A DNA stretch of 32,000 nucleotides. Source: Acholeplasma laidlawii PG-8A. GTDB taxonomy: Bacteria > Bacillota_I > Bacilli_A > Acholeplasmatales > Acholeplasmataceae. Positions 15,875 through 25,193 of the stretch are shown one piece after another. The DNA lies in contig NC_010163.1 in the NCBI RefSeq assembly GCF_000018785.1, forward strand, positions 1,320,001 to 1,352,000, read 5' to 3'. The position numbers were made by a program, and so were the translations under genes. The notes under the pieces were generated by a model. It searched no databases. It was given only the letters and a program-made list of their open reading frames with translations, and was not told the DNA's origin. Positions within the stretch are counted from its first letter, which is position 1. Each line of letters starts with the position of its first letter.

Positions 15875-15949
15875 GGGGGCATGGTGTCAACGGTAGCACA
15901 CAGGTCTCCAAAACCTTTAGTGTGGGTTCGAATCCTGCTGCCCTCGCCA
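15875..15949 (+). tRNA. tRNA-Trp (anticodon CCA), CCA end encoded
   Basis: Hand-folded. Acceptor GGGGGCA/TGCCCTC plus G-CCA; anticodon stem CAGGT/ACCTT with loop CTCCAAA; T-loop TTCGAAT. Confidence 0.85.
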
Positions 15950-15962
15950 TCTAATAATAAGC

Positions 15963-15991
15963 AATGTTGCATACGATGCAGCATTTTTTTT
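15963..15991 (+). terminator. Rho-independent terminator after tRNA-Trp
   Basis: AATGTTGCAT-ACG-ATGCAGCATT (one G:U pair) followed by a T8 run. Confidence 0.8.
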
Positions 15992-16054
15992 ATACACTCG
16001 ACTATAATTGCTCTTCTTGCAATAATAGTCTAATTAGGTTTTTAGTCTAAATCA

Positions 16055-16063
16055 TGCTATAAT
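16055..16063 (+). promoter_or_regulatory. Extended -10 promoter (TGcTATAAT) of the mgtA leader
   Basis: Read directly, 25 nt upstream of the leader ORF start. Confidence 0.5.
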
Positions 16064-16087
16064 GAAAAAAGAAAGAGGTGAACAACT

Positions 16088-16171
16088 ATGGAAGATTCTC
16101 AGAGTAGGTATTACAAAGTGCATAATTTCAATAAATACGGCTTAATTAAGCAAGAGAATTTTTATGGTTGA
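16088..16171 (+). CDS. Candidate 27-aa leader peptide upstream of mgtA
   Basis: An AAAGAGGTGA RBS lies 7 nt before the ATG. Translation: MEDSQSRYYKVHNFNKYGLIKQENFYG, ending in TGA. The ORF lies between a promoter and an intrinsic terminator that precede mgtA. Confidence 0.4.
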   Translation: MEDSQSRYYKVHNFNKYGLIKQENFYG

Positions 16172-16198
16172 AAACTATATCTTTTTCTATGTTTAATT

Positions 16199-16221
16199 AA
16201 CGCCTAGAGGGCGTTTTTTTT
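16199..16221 (+). terminator. Leader (attenuator) terminator upstream of mgtA
   Basis: AACGCC(T)-AGA-(G)GGCGTT followed by T8, 30 nt before the mgtA ATG. Confidence 0.65.
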
Positions 16222-16250
16222 ATGCCCAAACATTAAGGGAGGTTTTAAAC

Positions 16251-18887
16251 ATGAAAAAAGAAAAAACATTTAACACAGTAAACACGACTTCTAGTTTAGA
16301 AGATAAGTTAATACAAAACGCACACATAGATAAACAATCTCTATTTAACAAATACAACACAAGTCAAAACGGGCTTTCAACTGATGAAAGTATATTAAGA
16401 TTTGAAACATACGGGAAAAATGTTATCACATCTAAACAAAAGGATTCTAAATTTAGAAGACTACTCTCATCTATTGTAAATCCATTTAACTTGATATTGA
16501 TTGCTATTGCAATTATTACTTTCTTAACAGATGTTATTTTTGTAAAGGGTAACCCTGATTTTTTAACTGTTATTATTATCTTTATACTCGTAACAGTATC
16601 TAGTTCTATTTCATTTATGCAAAGCGAGAAATCCCGTAATGCAGTTGAAGAACTCACAAATCTTGTAACAAACAATTCAAATATACTGCGAGATGGAAAA
16701 TGGATAGAAATACCTATTGAAAATATAGTACCTGGAGATATCATAAAACTAGCTGCAGGTGATATGATACCTGCAGATATTAGATTTCTAACTACAAAGG
16801 ATACCTTTGTTGCACAATCTGCACTAACAGGGGAATCACACCCTGTTGAAAAATTTAGTAACATAAGTTCAAAAGATATAGACATTATCACCGATTTAGA
16901 TAACATTGGCTTTATGGGATCTAATATATTAAGTGGCAGTGCAACTGCACTTGTCATCTCAACAGGTAATCACACCTACTTTGGATCTATGGCAAAAACA
17001 TTATCTGGTGATAATGCCACAAAGAGTTTTGAACGAGGCGTTTCTTCAATTAGTAGACTTTTAATAAGCTTAACTCTTATAATGGTACCCATGGTGTTTT
17101 TAATTAACGGAATTATTAAACAAGACTGGCTTCAATCATTAATGTTTGCTATTAGTATAGCAGTTGGATTAACACCTGAAATGTTGCCTGTTATCATGAC
17201 AACAACACTTGCTAAGGGTGCTGTTAGCATGTCAAAACATAAAGTCGTTGTGAAAAATCTTGGGACTATCCAAACATTTGGTGAAATGGACATCTTATGT
17301 ACAGACAAGACAGGAACATTAACAGAAGATAAAATCGTATTAGAAAAATATATGAATCTTCACGGTGAAGATGATGATAGAGTGCTTCGTCATGCTTTCT
17401 TAAACAGTTATTTTCAAACTGGACTTAAAAATCTAATTGACCTTGCGATTATAAACCGTGCTACAAAAAAAGATCTAAAACCATTGACTACACGCTATGA
17501 AAAAATAGATGAAATTCCATTTGATTTTTCACGAAGAAGAATGAGTGTAGTATTAATTGATAAAGATAATAAACGTCAACTTATCACCAAAGGTGCAGTT
17601 GAAGAGATGCTTGAAATTTCTAAATTTGTTGAAATCAATGGCCAAGTATTAGAATTAACTGATGCATATAAGAAATTTGCAATGGCTACATATGAAAAAT
17701 ACAACAAAGAAGGCTTAAGAATTATTGCAGTTGCACAAAAAAATGAAGTTCCAAAAGAACATATCTTTAGTGTAAAAGATGAATCTAATATGGTACTAAT
17801 TGGTTTTGTAGGGTTTTTAGATCCACCTAAAAAAAGTGCTTCTATTGCGATTAACAAACTTAGAGATCACGGAGTTAGAACAATCGTTCTAACTGGTGAT
17901 AGCGAAGGTGTTACAGCAAAAGTTTGTAAAGAAATCGGAATTAGCATTGATCATATAATTTCAGGTAATGAAGTTGATTCACTAAGTGATCAAGATTTAA
18001 AAGAAAAACTTAAAATATGTAACATATTTGCAAAATTATCACCTAATCAAAAACAAAGAATTGTGAAGTTATTACAAGAAGAGGGACATACAGTCGGATT
18101 TTTAGGTGATGGTATTAATGATGCTCCAGCACTTCACCAAGCTGATGTTGGTATTTCAGTAGATTCTGCTGTTGATATTGCAAAAGAAACTGCAGATATC
18201 GTACTACTAGAAAAAGATTTAGTAGTACTAGAAGAAGGCGTTCTTGAAGGTAGAAAAACTTTTGGTAATATTATGAAATATATCAAAATGGCTACCAGTG
18301 GAAATTTCGGTAACATGATATCTGTAATTGTTGCAAGTATATTTCTTCCATTCTTACCTATGCTACCAGTCCAACTCTTGGCACAAAACTTACTCAATGA
18401 TTTTTCACAAGTAGGTATGGCTTTTGACAACGTTGATAAGGAATATATCTATAAACCCCATAAATGGAATTCAAAAAGTGTATTAAGATTTACTTTAGTT
18501 ATGGGACCACTAAGTTCTATTTTCGATATCTTATGCTTTTCTATCCTATGGTGGGTAATCGGAACCAACACTGTACAAATGGCACCATTATTCCAAGCTG
18601 GATGGTTTGTATTTGGGACAGTCTCACAAATCTTAGTTATTTATGTAATTAGAACTCAAAAGTTATCCATTATTGAAAGTAGACCATCTAAAATATTATT
18701 TATCTCAACTTTATTTGTGGCATTAATTGCTATAGTTATAGGATTTACTGACATTGGTGTAGCAATTGATATTGACAGACTTCCTATAAGTTTTATATTA
18801 TGGTTATCTATATTATCATTAGCATATATGATAAGTGCTGAACTTGTCAAAAAGATATATCTAAGAAGGTATAACGAATGGATCTAA
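16251..18887 (+). CDS. mgtA: Magnesium-importing P-type ATPase
   Basis: 878-aa ORF with the phosphorylation motif CTDKTGTLT, the hinge GDGINDAPAL, TGES, and length and topology typical of MgtA/MgtB. A GGGAGG RBS is present. Confidence 0.9.
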   Translation: MKKEKTFNTVNTTSSLEDKLIQNAHIDKQSLFNKYNTSQNGLSTDESILRFETYGKNVITSKQKDSKFRRLLSSIVNPFNLILIAIAIITFLTDVIFVKGNPDFLTVIIIFILVTVSSSISFMQSEKSRNAVEELTNLVTNNSNILRDGKWIEIPIENIVPGDIIKLAAGDMIPADIRFLTTKDTFVAQSALTGESHPVEKFSNISSKDIDIITDLDNIGFMGSNILSGSATALVISTGNHTYFGSMAKTLSGDNATKSFERGVSSISRLLISLTLIMVPMVFLINGIIKQDWLQSLMFAISIAVGLTPEMLPVIMTTTLAKGAVSMSKHKVVVKNLGTIQTFGEMDILCTDKTGTLTEDKIVLEKYMNLHGEDDDRVLRHAFLNSYFQTGLKNLIDLAIINRATKKDLKPLTTRYEKIDEIPFDFSRRRMSVVLIDKDNKRQLITKGAVEEMLEISKFVEINGQVLELTDAYKKFAMATYEKYNKEGLRIIAVAQKNEVPKEHIFSVKDESNMVLIGFVGFLDPPKKSASIAINKLRDHGVRTIVLTGDSEGVTAKVCKEIGISIDHIISGNEVDSLSDQDLKEKLKICNIFAKLSPNQKQRIVKLLQEEGHTVGFLGDGINDAPALHQADVGISVDSAVDIAKETADIVLLEKDLVVLEEGVLEGRKTFGNIMKYIKMATSGNFGNMISVIVASIFLPFLPMLPVQLLAQNLLNDFSQVGMAFDNVDKEYIYKPHKWNSKSVLRFTLVMGPLSSIFDILCFSILWWVIGTNTVQMAPLFQAGWFVFGTVSQILVIYVIRTQKLSIIESRPSKILFISTLFVALIAIVIGFTDIGVAIDIDRLPISFILWLSILSLAYMISAELVKKIYLRRYNEWI

Positions 18888-18931
18888 GAGTTAATAAGAT
18901 TTGAATTAAATTTTACTTTTCATCAACAATA

Positions 18932-18973
18932 AATACTGTGACTTATGAAGTATTAAAGTCACAGTATTTTTTT
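18932..18973 (+). terminator. Rho-independent terminator of mgtA
   Basis: AATACTGTGACTT ... AAGTCACAGTATT followed by a T run. Confidence 0.8.
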
Positions 18974-19099
18974 ATACCCCTTGAAAAGTGTAATTATTTA
19001 TATAATTTGAATAAATCTTTCATATTTATTCATATTTTCTATAGATGTTGTAAAATAACAATGAAAACGTATACACTTATGAATAAGGATGATGATTTA

Positions 19100-21043
19100 A
19101 TGAAAAAAATACTATTAATGTTACTCACCACTTTAATTTCTATATATTTGGTAGCTTGTATACCAAAAGCACAAGCCTTTGACGTCTTATTTGACGTAAA
19201 TGGAGGCTTTTGGCATAAAGATGAACTTGCTACCACACGCCCAGATGCAACTGTCACAATCAGGGATTTTGATAACTATTTAGGGGATAATACAAACTTT
19301 ACTCTGTTTTCTCCTACTGATATAGGTTTAAGATGGCATTATAAAATATTTATACAATATAATGCTGATTTAGAAACCTATGTAGTTGTTTATAGCGATC
19401 CTTATACTGCTTCTGTTGATCGCCTAGATTTACCAGATTATGACTACATCATCGGAGTGCATTACCATAATTCTGTTATCGAATCTGACCCAGTATTTAT
19501 AAATCTATTTACAGATGGTGTGGGAACTCCACTCATCTTTAATAAAGATATTACAGTACCTCAAGAAAGTGTTGAGTTTAAAGTATATCCTAAAAATCCG
19601 GATGCTAGTAGTTTTAAATTACTATCAGATGAGATTAATGAACTACCAACCCCTGTAAGACCTGATTTTGATTTTAAAGGTTGGTATGTCGAAGATAACC
19701 TTATTACAAAAGCTAAAGATATTAAATTAAAGTCAGGTGATACCATGACAACACTTACTGCACACTGGGAAAGTTACTCCCTTGAATCCTTAGAAGCTTT
19801 ACTTGATAATCTAATTCCTGATCATGTAACAGATAGTTTAGCACTACCAGTTACATATAGTGGTTATACTTTAACTTGGGAAACTTCACATCCATTAGTA
19901 ATTAGCACGACTGGTAAATTCCATGCAGCCTATGAACCTACTACTGTCACATTAACTGCACATATTACATCATTAGACAATACAACAGTCATTCGTACCT
20001 TTAATGTCACAGTACCTAACAAGAAACCTTTAACACTTCCAATAGCATCTAGCTATATTTGGAGAAACTACGCACTTGTAGATGAGCGTTTCTTCCAAAC
20101 ACTTGATATCATTAATACCGCATTTATAACAGCAGATGCAAATGGTAACTTCTCTGGCACTGCTCAATTAAGTGATATTGAAACTTATATACTACCTAAA
20201 TCAAAAATTTATAACAACTGGGTTGTCTTTTCTGTAGCACCAGAATCTAGATGGTCTGAAATTGCTATGAGTGCTACAAAAATAGAAAACTTTGCTAATA
20301 ACATCGTAGACATCATCAATACCTATGGTTTTGATGGTGTAGATATTGACTGGGAAACACCAAGATCTGGTGAAGAAGTTAGATATTCCAATATGATGAA
20401 AGTGATTTATGAAAAGGTTAAAGCCAATAACCCAAATCACTTAGTAACTACTGCAATTACTGGTGGTCGCTGGCAACCACCAATGTATAACTTAACTGTC
20501 TCAAATCAGTATCTAGATTTCATTAACGTCATGACCTATTCAATGTCAAGTTCAGGTGGCAGTTATCAAAATGCACTACACCCAAGAAGCGGTGTACATA
20601 ATACAGAATTTAATGCAGGTCGTACACCTGCAACTGCAACAATTTCAGAATCAGTACCAATATTTAATGGTTATGGTGTGCCAAACTCTAAATTAATCTT
20701 TGGCTTAGCTTTTTATGGTGTACGTCAACAAAGAACATATAATACTTCAACAAATACTTGGTCAAATTGGACTGCAACATCCCCAAGTGTCTTCTTCCCT
20801 GAAATTCAATCAAGCTATTTAAACAATCCTGACTACTTATACTTCTTTGATAATGAAGCAGGTGTACCTTACCTTGTTAAAAAAGATGGCACCATCTTTA
20901 TTAGCTATGATAATGAACGTTCAATCAGACTCAAATCAGAGTATGTGATTGAACATGGTTTAGGTGGTTTAATGTTTTGGGAATATGGTGCAGACACCTC
21001 TGGAACACTACTTCAACAAATGCGTACTAGCCTAAATAAATAA
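19100..21043 (+). CDS. Lipoprotein with Listeria-Bacteroides repeats and a GH18 (chitinase-like) catalytic domain
   Basis: The preferred start is the ATG at 19100 (AAGGA RBS), giving the signal peptide MKKILLMLLTTLISIYLVAC with a lipobox. The track ORF start at 18938 lies inside the mgtA terminator. FDVNGG and DFDFKGWY repeats are present, and the GH18 DxxDxDxE motif is intact (FDGVDIDWE). Confidence 0.85.
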   Translation: MKKILLMLLTTLISIYLVACIPKAQAFDVLFDVNGGFWHKDELATTRPDATVTIRDFDNYLGDNTNFTLFSPTDIGLRWHYKIFIQYNADLETYVVVYSDPYTASVDRLDLPDYDYIIGVHYHNSVIESDPVFINLFTDGVGTPLIFNKDITVPQESVEFKVYPKNPDASSFKLLSDEINELPTPVRPDFDFKGWYVEDNLITKAKDIKLKSGDTMTTLTAHWESYSLESLEALLDNLIPDHVTDSLALPVTYSGYTLTWETSHPLVISTTGKFHAAYEPTTVTLTAHITSLDNTTVIRTFNVTVPNKKPLTLPIASSYIWRNYALVDERFFQTLDIINTAFITADANGNFSGTAQLSDIETYILPKSKIYNNWVVFSVAPESRWSEIAMSATKIENFANNIVDIINTYGFDGVDIDWETPRSGEEVRYSNMMKVIYEKVKANNPNHLVTTAITGGRWQPPMYNLTVSNQYLDFINVMTYSMSSSGGSYQNALHPRSGVHNTEFNAGRTPATATISESVPIFNGYGVPNSKLIFGLAFYGVRQQRTYNTSTNTWSNWTATSPSVFFPEIQSSYLNNPDYLYFFDNEAGVPYLVKKDGTIFISYDNERSIRLKSEYVIEHGLGGLMFWEYGADTSGTLLQQMRTSLNK

Positions 21044-21053
21044 GAAATAATCC

Positions 21054-21088
21054 ATCCCTTTTTCCCTATATGAAAAAGGGATTTTCTT
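21054..21088 (+). terminator. Rho-independent terminator
   Basis: ATCCCTTTTT-CCCTATATG-AAAAAGGGAT followed by TTTTCTT. Confidence 0.75.
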
Positions 21089-21213
21089 ACGTCATTTTTA
21101 CACAAAAATTTATTATTGTAAAAAATGAATTATATGTGTATACATTTCTAAAAAAAGATATATAATAATTAATCGAATCAAATATTAAAAATAAAAAATG
21201 GAGGACTCCTGAT

Positions 21214-22335
21214 TTGAATCATAACGTGCTCATAGAGTTATCACACGTTGAAAAGAAATTTGAAGACGATCTCATCGTTAATGACTTAAGTCTTAAAATA
21301 TATGAAAATGAGTTTGTTACACTACTTGGCCCATCTGGCTGTGGTAAAACAACAACACTTCGTATGATTGGCGGATTTGAAAAACCTGATAAGGGGCATA
21401 TAATAATAAATGGTAAAATATTTAATGATTTACCACCTTATGCCAGACCAATAAATACTGTATTCCAAAAATATGCATTGTTTCCACATTTAAATGTGTT
21501 TGATAACGTTGCTTTTGGATTAAAAAATAGGAACACAAAATATTTGTTGAAGTTCTTTAACATCGATTCATCCTTGTCAAAAAAAGAACAATCAAACTTG
21601 ATTCAAACAGGCATCGAAAAAGCAGTCAAAGAAGCTCTAGCTTTAGTTAAGTTAGGCGGCTTTGAAAATAGAAAAATCACTCAAATGAGTGGTGGACAAC
21701 AACAACGTGTTGCACTTGCTAGAGCACTTGTCAACAAACCTCAAATTCTTCTACTTGATGAACCACTTGCAGCACTTGACTTAAAACTACGTCAAAACAT
21801 GCAATATGAACTTAAAGAGATGCAAAGAAAATTAGGTATTACCTTTATCTTTGTAACCCATGACCAAGAAGAAGCTATGACAATGAGCGATAGAATTGTT
21901 GTCATGAAAGATGGCGTCATCCAACAACTTGACACCCCTAAACAAATTTATAATGAGCCGGTAAATCGCTATGTAGCTACTTTTATTGGTGAATCAAACA
22001 TCATTGATGGTGTATATAAGTCAAATAAAACAGTTACATTCTTAGGTGTAGATTTTGAGTGTGGACCTTATCCATTTAAAGATAACGAAAAAGTTGATGT
22101 CGTCATTAGACCTGAAGACTTTGACGTTGTAAGTTTAGATCAAGCTAAACTTACAGGTACTGTTGTATCTTCTATCTTTAAAGGTGTGCATAATGAATTA
22201 GACGTTATGGTAGGAGATTATAAGTTAATGGTAAACACCTACGAGACATATCAAGCAGGTGATACCATTGGATTAAAAATAGATCCTTATGAAATCCACT
22301 TAATGCCGGTATCAAATAATGAAGAAACCATTTAG
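21214..22335 (+). CDS. potA: Spermidine/putrescine ABC transporter ATP-binding protein
   Basis: TTG start with a GGAGG RBS 9 nt upstream. It has Walker A (GPSGCGKTT), the signature LSGGQQQRV-like motif (MSGGQQQRVALARAL), Walker B (LLLDEP) and a C-terminal TOBE-like domain. It is followed by potBCD. Confidence 0.9.
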   Translation: MNHNVLIELSHVEKKFEDDLIVNDLSLKIYENEFVTLLGPSGCGKTTTLRMIGGFEKPDKGHIIINGKIFNDLPPYARPINTVFQKYALFPHLNVFDNVAFGLKNRNTKYLLKFFNIDSSLSKKEQSNLIQTGIEKAVKEALALVKLGGFENRKITQMSGGQQQRVALARALVNKPQILLLDEPLAALDLKLRQNMQYELKEMQRKLGITFIFVTHDQEEAMTMSDRIVVMKDGVIQQLDTPKQIYNEPVNRYVATFIGESNIIDGVYKSNKTVTFLGVDFECGPYPFKDNEKVDVVIRPEDFDVVSLDQAKLTGTVVSSIFKGVHNELDVMVGDYKLMVNTYETYQAGDTIGLKIDPYEIHLMPVSNNEETI

Positions 22336-23158
22336 TCGACTATCCACACCATATATTGTATGGTTATTTATATTAGCACTTATCCCGATTGTTGTGATGT
22401 TATTTTTATCTGTTACAACAACTCAAGGTTTAAGTTTAGATGGTCTAACATTTAATTCATCCTTTTACCAAGCATTCTTTGAAAGATCTATTACTACTGC
22501 ATTCTTTAACTCAATCTATTATGCAATACTTACAACAGTTATTTCTCTACTATTAGGTTATTTAGTTGCATATACTGTATTTAGATCTAAGTTTAAAAAC
22601 AAGTTCTTAGTACTTGCAATCTTTATCTTACCAATGTGGTCTAACCTTCTACTTAGAACAGAATCTCTTGGTAACTTAATGAATGAAAACAACTTGATTA
22701 CAGATATCTTATCTAAACTATTAAATACTAATGTAAGTTTTCCAGTGATCAAAGGTAGTGGCTTAGCTGTCGTGATTGGTTTAGTCTTAACTTATCTACC
22801 ATTTATGATCTTACCAATTTACACAGCTTTAGAAAAAATTGATTATAGTTTAGAAGAAGCTGCACTAGACTTAGGTCTTACTGACCTACAAAAGTTTATG
22901 AAAGTTGTACTTCCACTTTCATTAAAAGGTGTTGCTACTGGTTCTATTCTAGTATTCTTACCTGCAATGAGTGGCTTTGCTATTCCAGAAATATTAGGTT
23001 CTGGTAATATCTTATTAATTGGTAACATTATTGAACAATCCTTTAGATATATGGACTACAACTTAGGTTCCCTATTATCTATTATGGTCTTACTCATTAT
23101 CTTCTTAGGTATCTTTGTCGTAGCTAAGGTTGATAAGGAAGGAGAGATGCTTCTATGA
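22319..23158 (+). CDS. potB: Spermidine/putrescine ABC transporter permease
   Basis: 279-aa multi-pass membrane protein with an EAA-type loop (LEEAALDLG). It overlaps the potA end. Confidence 0.85.
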   Translation: MKKPFSRLSTPYIVWLFILALIPIVVMLFLSVTTTQGLSLDGLTFNSSFYQAFFERSITTAFFNSIYYAILTTVISLLLGYLVAYTVFRSKFKNKFLVLAIFILPMWSNLLLRTESLGNLMNENNLITDILSKLLNTNVSFPVIKGSGLAVVIGLVLTYLPFMILPIYTALEKIDYSLEEAALDLGLTDLQKFMKVVLPLSLKGVATGSILVFLPAMSGFAIPEILGSGNILLIGNIIEQSFRYMDYNLGSLLSIMVLLIIFLGIFVVAKVDKEGEMLL

Positions 23159-24018
23159 CGCACTATCCAAAAGCAACCCTTGAATCCTACGGATACAAGG
23201 ATTATAAGAAAACTAAAAAGTTTTTTACAGTTTTAAGAAAAGTATTTGTTGTAGTGATTGTTGTATCTTTATATATACCCATTTTAATGTTACTACTTCA
23301 ATCTGTAAACAGTAGCCCAAACATCAATGAATTTGGTCACTTCACATTAGACTGGTATACAAATATGTTTGATGTAAGAAGTTTAAAGAATGCAATTATT
23401 AATACCTTATTAACCAGTGTGATATCCACACTGCTTGCAACAGTGATTGCAACCTTTATGGCAGTAGGTATTTATGCACTACCTAAACAAATACGTCAAC
23501 GTGTTATGTTATTAAATAACATTCCAATATTAAATGCGGATATTGTTACAGGTATATCACTGATGCTTATCTTCTCACTATTATTACCACTATTTCCTTA
23601 TATTTTTGGTCCAGTAACACTCATCATGGCCCATTTATTCTTCACGATTCCTTATGTCGTATTAAGTATCTTACCAAAGCTAAAAGAAATGGATACTAAC
23701 CTTATGGATGCTGCACTAGATTTAGGGATTAAACCTTACAAAGCATTAATTAAAGTGATCGTACCAGCAATTAGTGCCGGAATATTTTCAGGTATGTTAC
23801 TTGCTCTTACTATGAGTATTGATGACTTTGTTATTAGTTACTATACAACCGGCAATGGCTTTGATAACCTATCTATTTGGATTTACGGTAGTATCGGACG
23901 TAAGAGCTTAACACCTTCTGTATATGCCTTTTCTACATTGCTTACATTAATGACTTTATTAAGTCTTACACTCTATCAAGTGTTTATTAAAAAAGATAAA
24001 AAAGGTAAAATAAAATGA
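23155..24018 (+). CDS. potC: Spermidine/putrescine ABC transporter permease
   Basis: 287-aa permease with an EAA-type loop (LMDAALDLG). ATGA overlap with potB. Confidence 0.85.
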   Translation: MTHYPKATLESYGYKDYKKTKKFFTVLRKVFVVVIVVSLYIPILMLLLQSVNSSPNINEFGHFTLDWYTNMFDVRSLKNAIINTLLTSVISTLLATVIATFMAVGIYALPKQIRQRVMLLNNIPILNADIVTGISLMLIFSLLLPLFPYIFGPVTLIMAHLFFTIPYVVLSILPKLKEMDTNLMDAALDLGIKPYKALIKVIVPAISAGIFSGMLLALTMSIDDFVISYYTTGNGFDNLSIWIYGSIGRKSLTPSVYAFSTLLTLMTLLSLTLYQVFIKKDKKGKIK

Positions 24019-25154
24019 AAAAGTTATATATATTACTTGCATCAGTACTTACCATTTTTATTCTAAATGGTTGTACGATAAACAATAAATTATTAATCCT
24101 TAACTGGGGTGAATATATCAACGATGATCTTGTCTTATTATTTGAAGAGACATATGGTGTTGAAGTATCCATCTCAATTGCAGATAGTAACGAACTATTC
24201 TATTCTAAAATCAAATCTGGTACAACAGCATATGACTTAGTACTACCAGGAGATTACATGGTAGAAAAATTAATCAAAGAAGATTTGATTCAACAAATCC
24301 AATTTGATAAACTCTCTAACTATGACCCAGTAAATAACCCTTATATGCATGGTCTACAAAGTCTAATGGCTACCATGTCTGAAGGTAGTGAAAATTATTT
24401 TGTACCATACTTTTGGGGGACATTTGGACTTATGTATAACAACCGAGTTCCCGGCTTAAAAGAAGCCTTAGAAACACATGGTTGGAATGCTTACTTCGAA
24501 CCCAATTTAAGACCTACAAAACGTGTTGGTATGTATGATGTTGCACAATATGCTTATGCATCCAGTTTACTATACTTAGGACTAGATCCAAACGCACTAC
24601 CTGATACAACACCAGATGGTTTTAGTAAAACACACTTAGAACTATCTAGACAAGCACTCAATCAAGCAGAGTTTACTGTATTTGCTGATGATGCGTTAAA
24701 AAAGGATATACAAGCTAACAACTTAGACTTAGCATTTGTTTGGACAGGAGACTTCCTTGATATGCTTTATGTGGATTTAGATGAAGGTCTAGATTATGAC
24801 CAAAAAACATATGACATTTACATACCTGACCAAACGATGGCTTTTGTAGATTCATTTGTTATTCCTAAAAAATCAAGACACGTAGATTTAGCTCATGAGT
24901 TCATCAACTTCTTCTTAAATCCTGACAATGCCTATGAAAATGCTAGTGTTGTAGGGTACTCCACACCGCTTGCGAATGTATATGATCGTATTGCAAACTA
25001 TACAGGTGATGATGTTTGGTTAACCAATTGGTCTAGAGCTTATAGTGATTACTACCCAAATACAGAAAACTTTAAAGGTATTCCTTATGCAAGTTTTAAT
25101 CAAACGATTATGGCTCAACTACTCTTAATGTTTAACGACGTTAAAACAAATTAA
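24015..25154 (+). CDS. potD: Spermidine/putrescine-binding lipoprotein
   Basis: Signal peptide with a lipobox (ILNGC) and PotD-type motifs (LNWGEYI, DSNE, YDLVLPGDYMV). ATGA overlap with potC. Confidence 0.85.
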   Translation: MKKLYILLASVLTIFILNGCTINNKLLILNWGEYINDDLVLLFEETYGVEVSISIADSNELFYSKIKSGTTAYDLVLPGDYMVEKLIKEDLIQQIQFDKLSNYDPVNNPYMHGLQSLMATMSEGSENYFVPYFWGTFGLMYNNRVPGLKEALETHGWNAYFEPNLRPTKRVGMYDVAQYAYASSLLYLGLDPNALPDTTPDGFSKTHLELSRQALNQAEFTVFADDALKKDIQANNLDLAFVWTGDFLDMLYVDLDEGLDYDQKTYDIYIPDQTMAFVDSFVIPKKSRHVDLAHEFINFFLNPDNAYENASVVGYSTPLANVYDRIANYTGDDVWLTNWSRAYSDYYPNTENFKGIPYASFNQTIMAQLLLMFNDVKTN

Positions 25155-25159
25155 AAATA

Positions 25160-25192
25160 ATACCAGTCACTTCAAAATGACTGGTATTTTTA
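25160..25192. terminator. Bidirectional terminator between potD and the convergent DUF1801-like gene
   Basis: ATACCAGTCA-CTTCAAAA-TGACTGGTAT flanked by an A run on the 5' side and a T run on the 3' side. Confidence 0.8.
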
Positions 25193-25193
25193 T

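Noticed and set aside
16064-16250. M-box (ykoK) Mg2+ riboswitch upstream of mgtA
   Set aside because: The leader is short (about 190 nt), very AT-rich, and lacks the GC-rich conserved M-box helices I would expect. A leader-ORF/terminator attenuator fits better. An Rfam scan is still needed.
16364-16957. 197-aa minus-strand ORF, plus similar 60-100-aa antisense ORFs (for example 1109-1291, 1375-1569, 1662-1931, 2410-2613, 6194-6585, 9211-9501, 17576-17857, 18134-18430, 28476-28736, 29785-30132)
   Set aside because: All are fully nested in, or antisense to, long ORFs with strong family motifs. They have no RBS and low-complexity translations, so they are shadow ORFs typical of AT-rich DNA.
18938-19099. 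N-terminal 54 codons of the 701-aa track ORF
   Set aside because: The start overlaps the mgtA terminator hairpin, no RBS is present, and the translation is low complexity. The internal ATG at 19100 gives a canonical lipoprotein signal.
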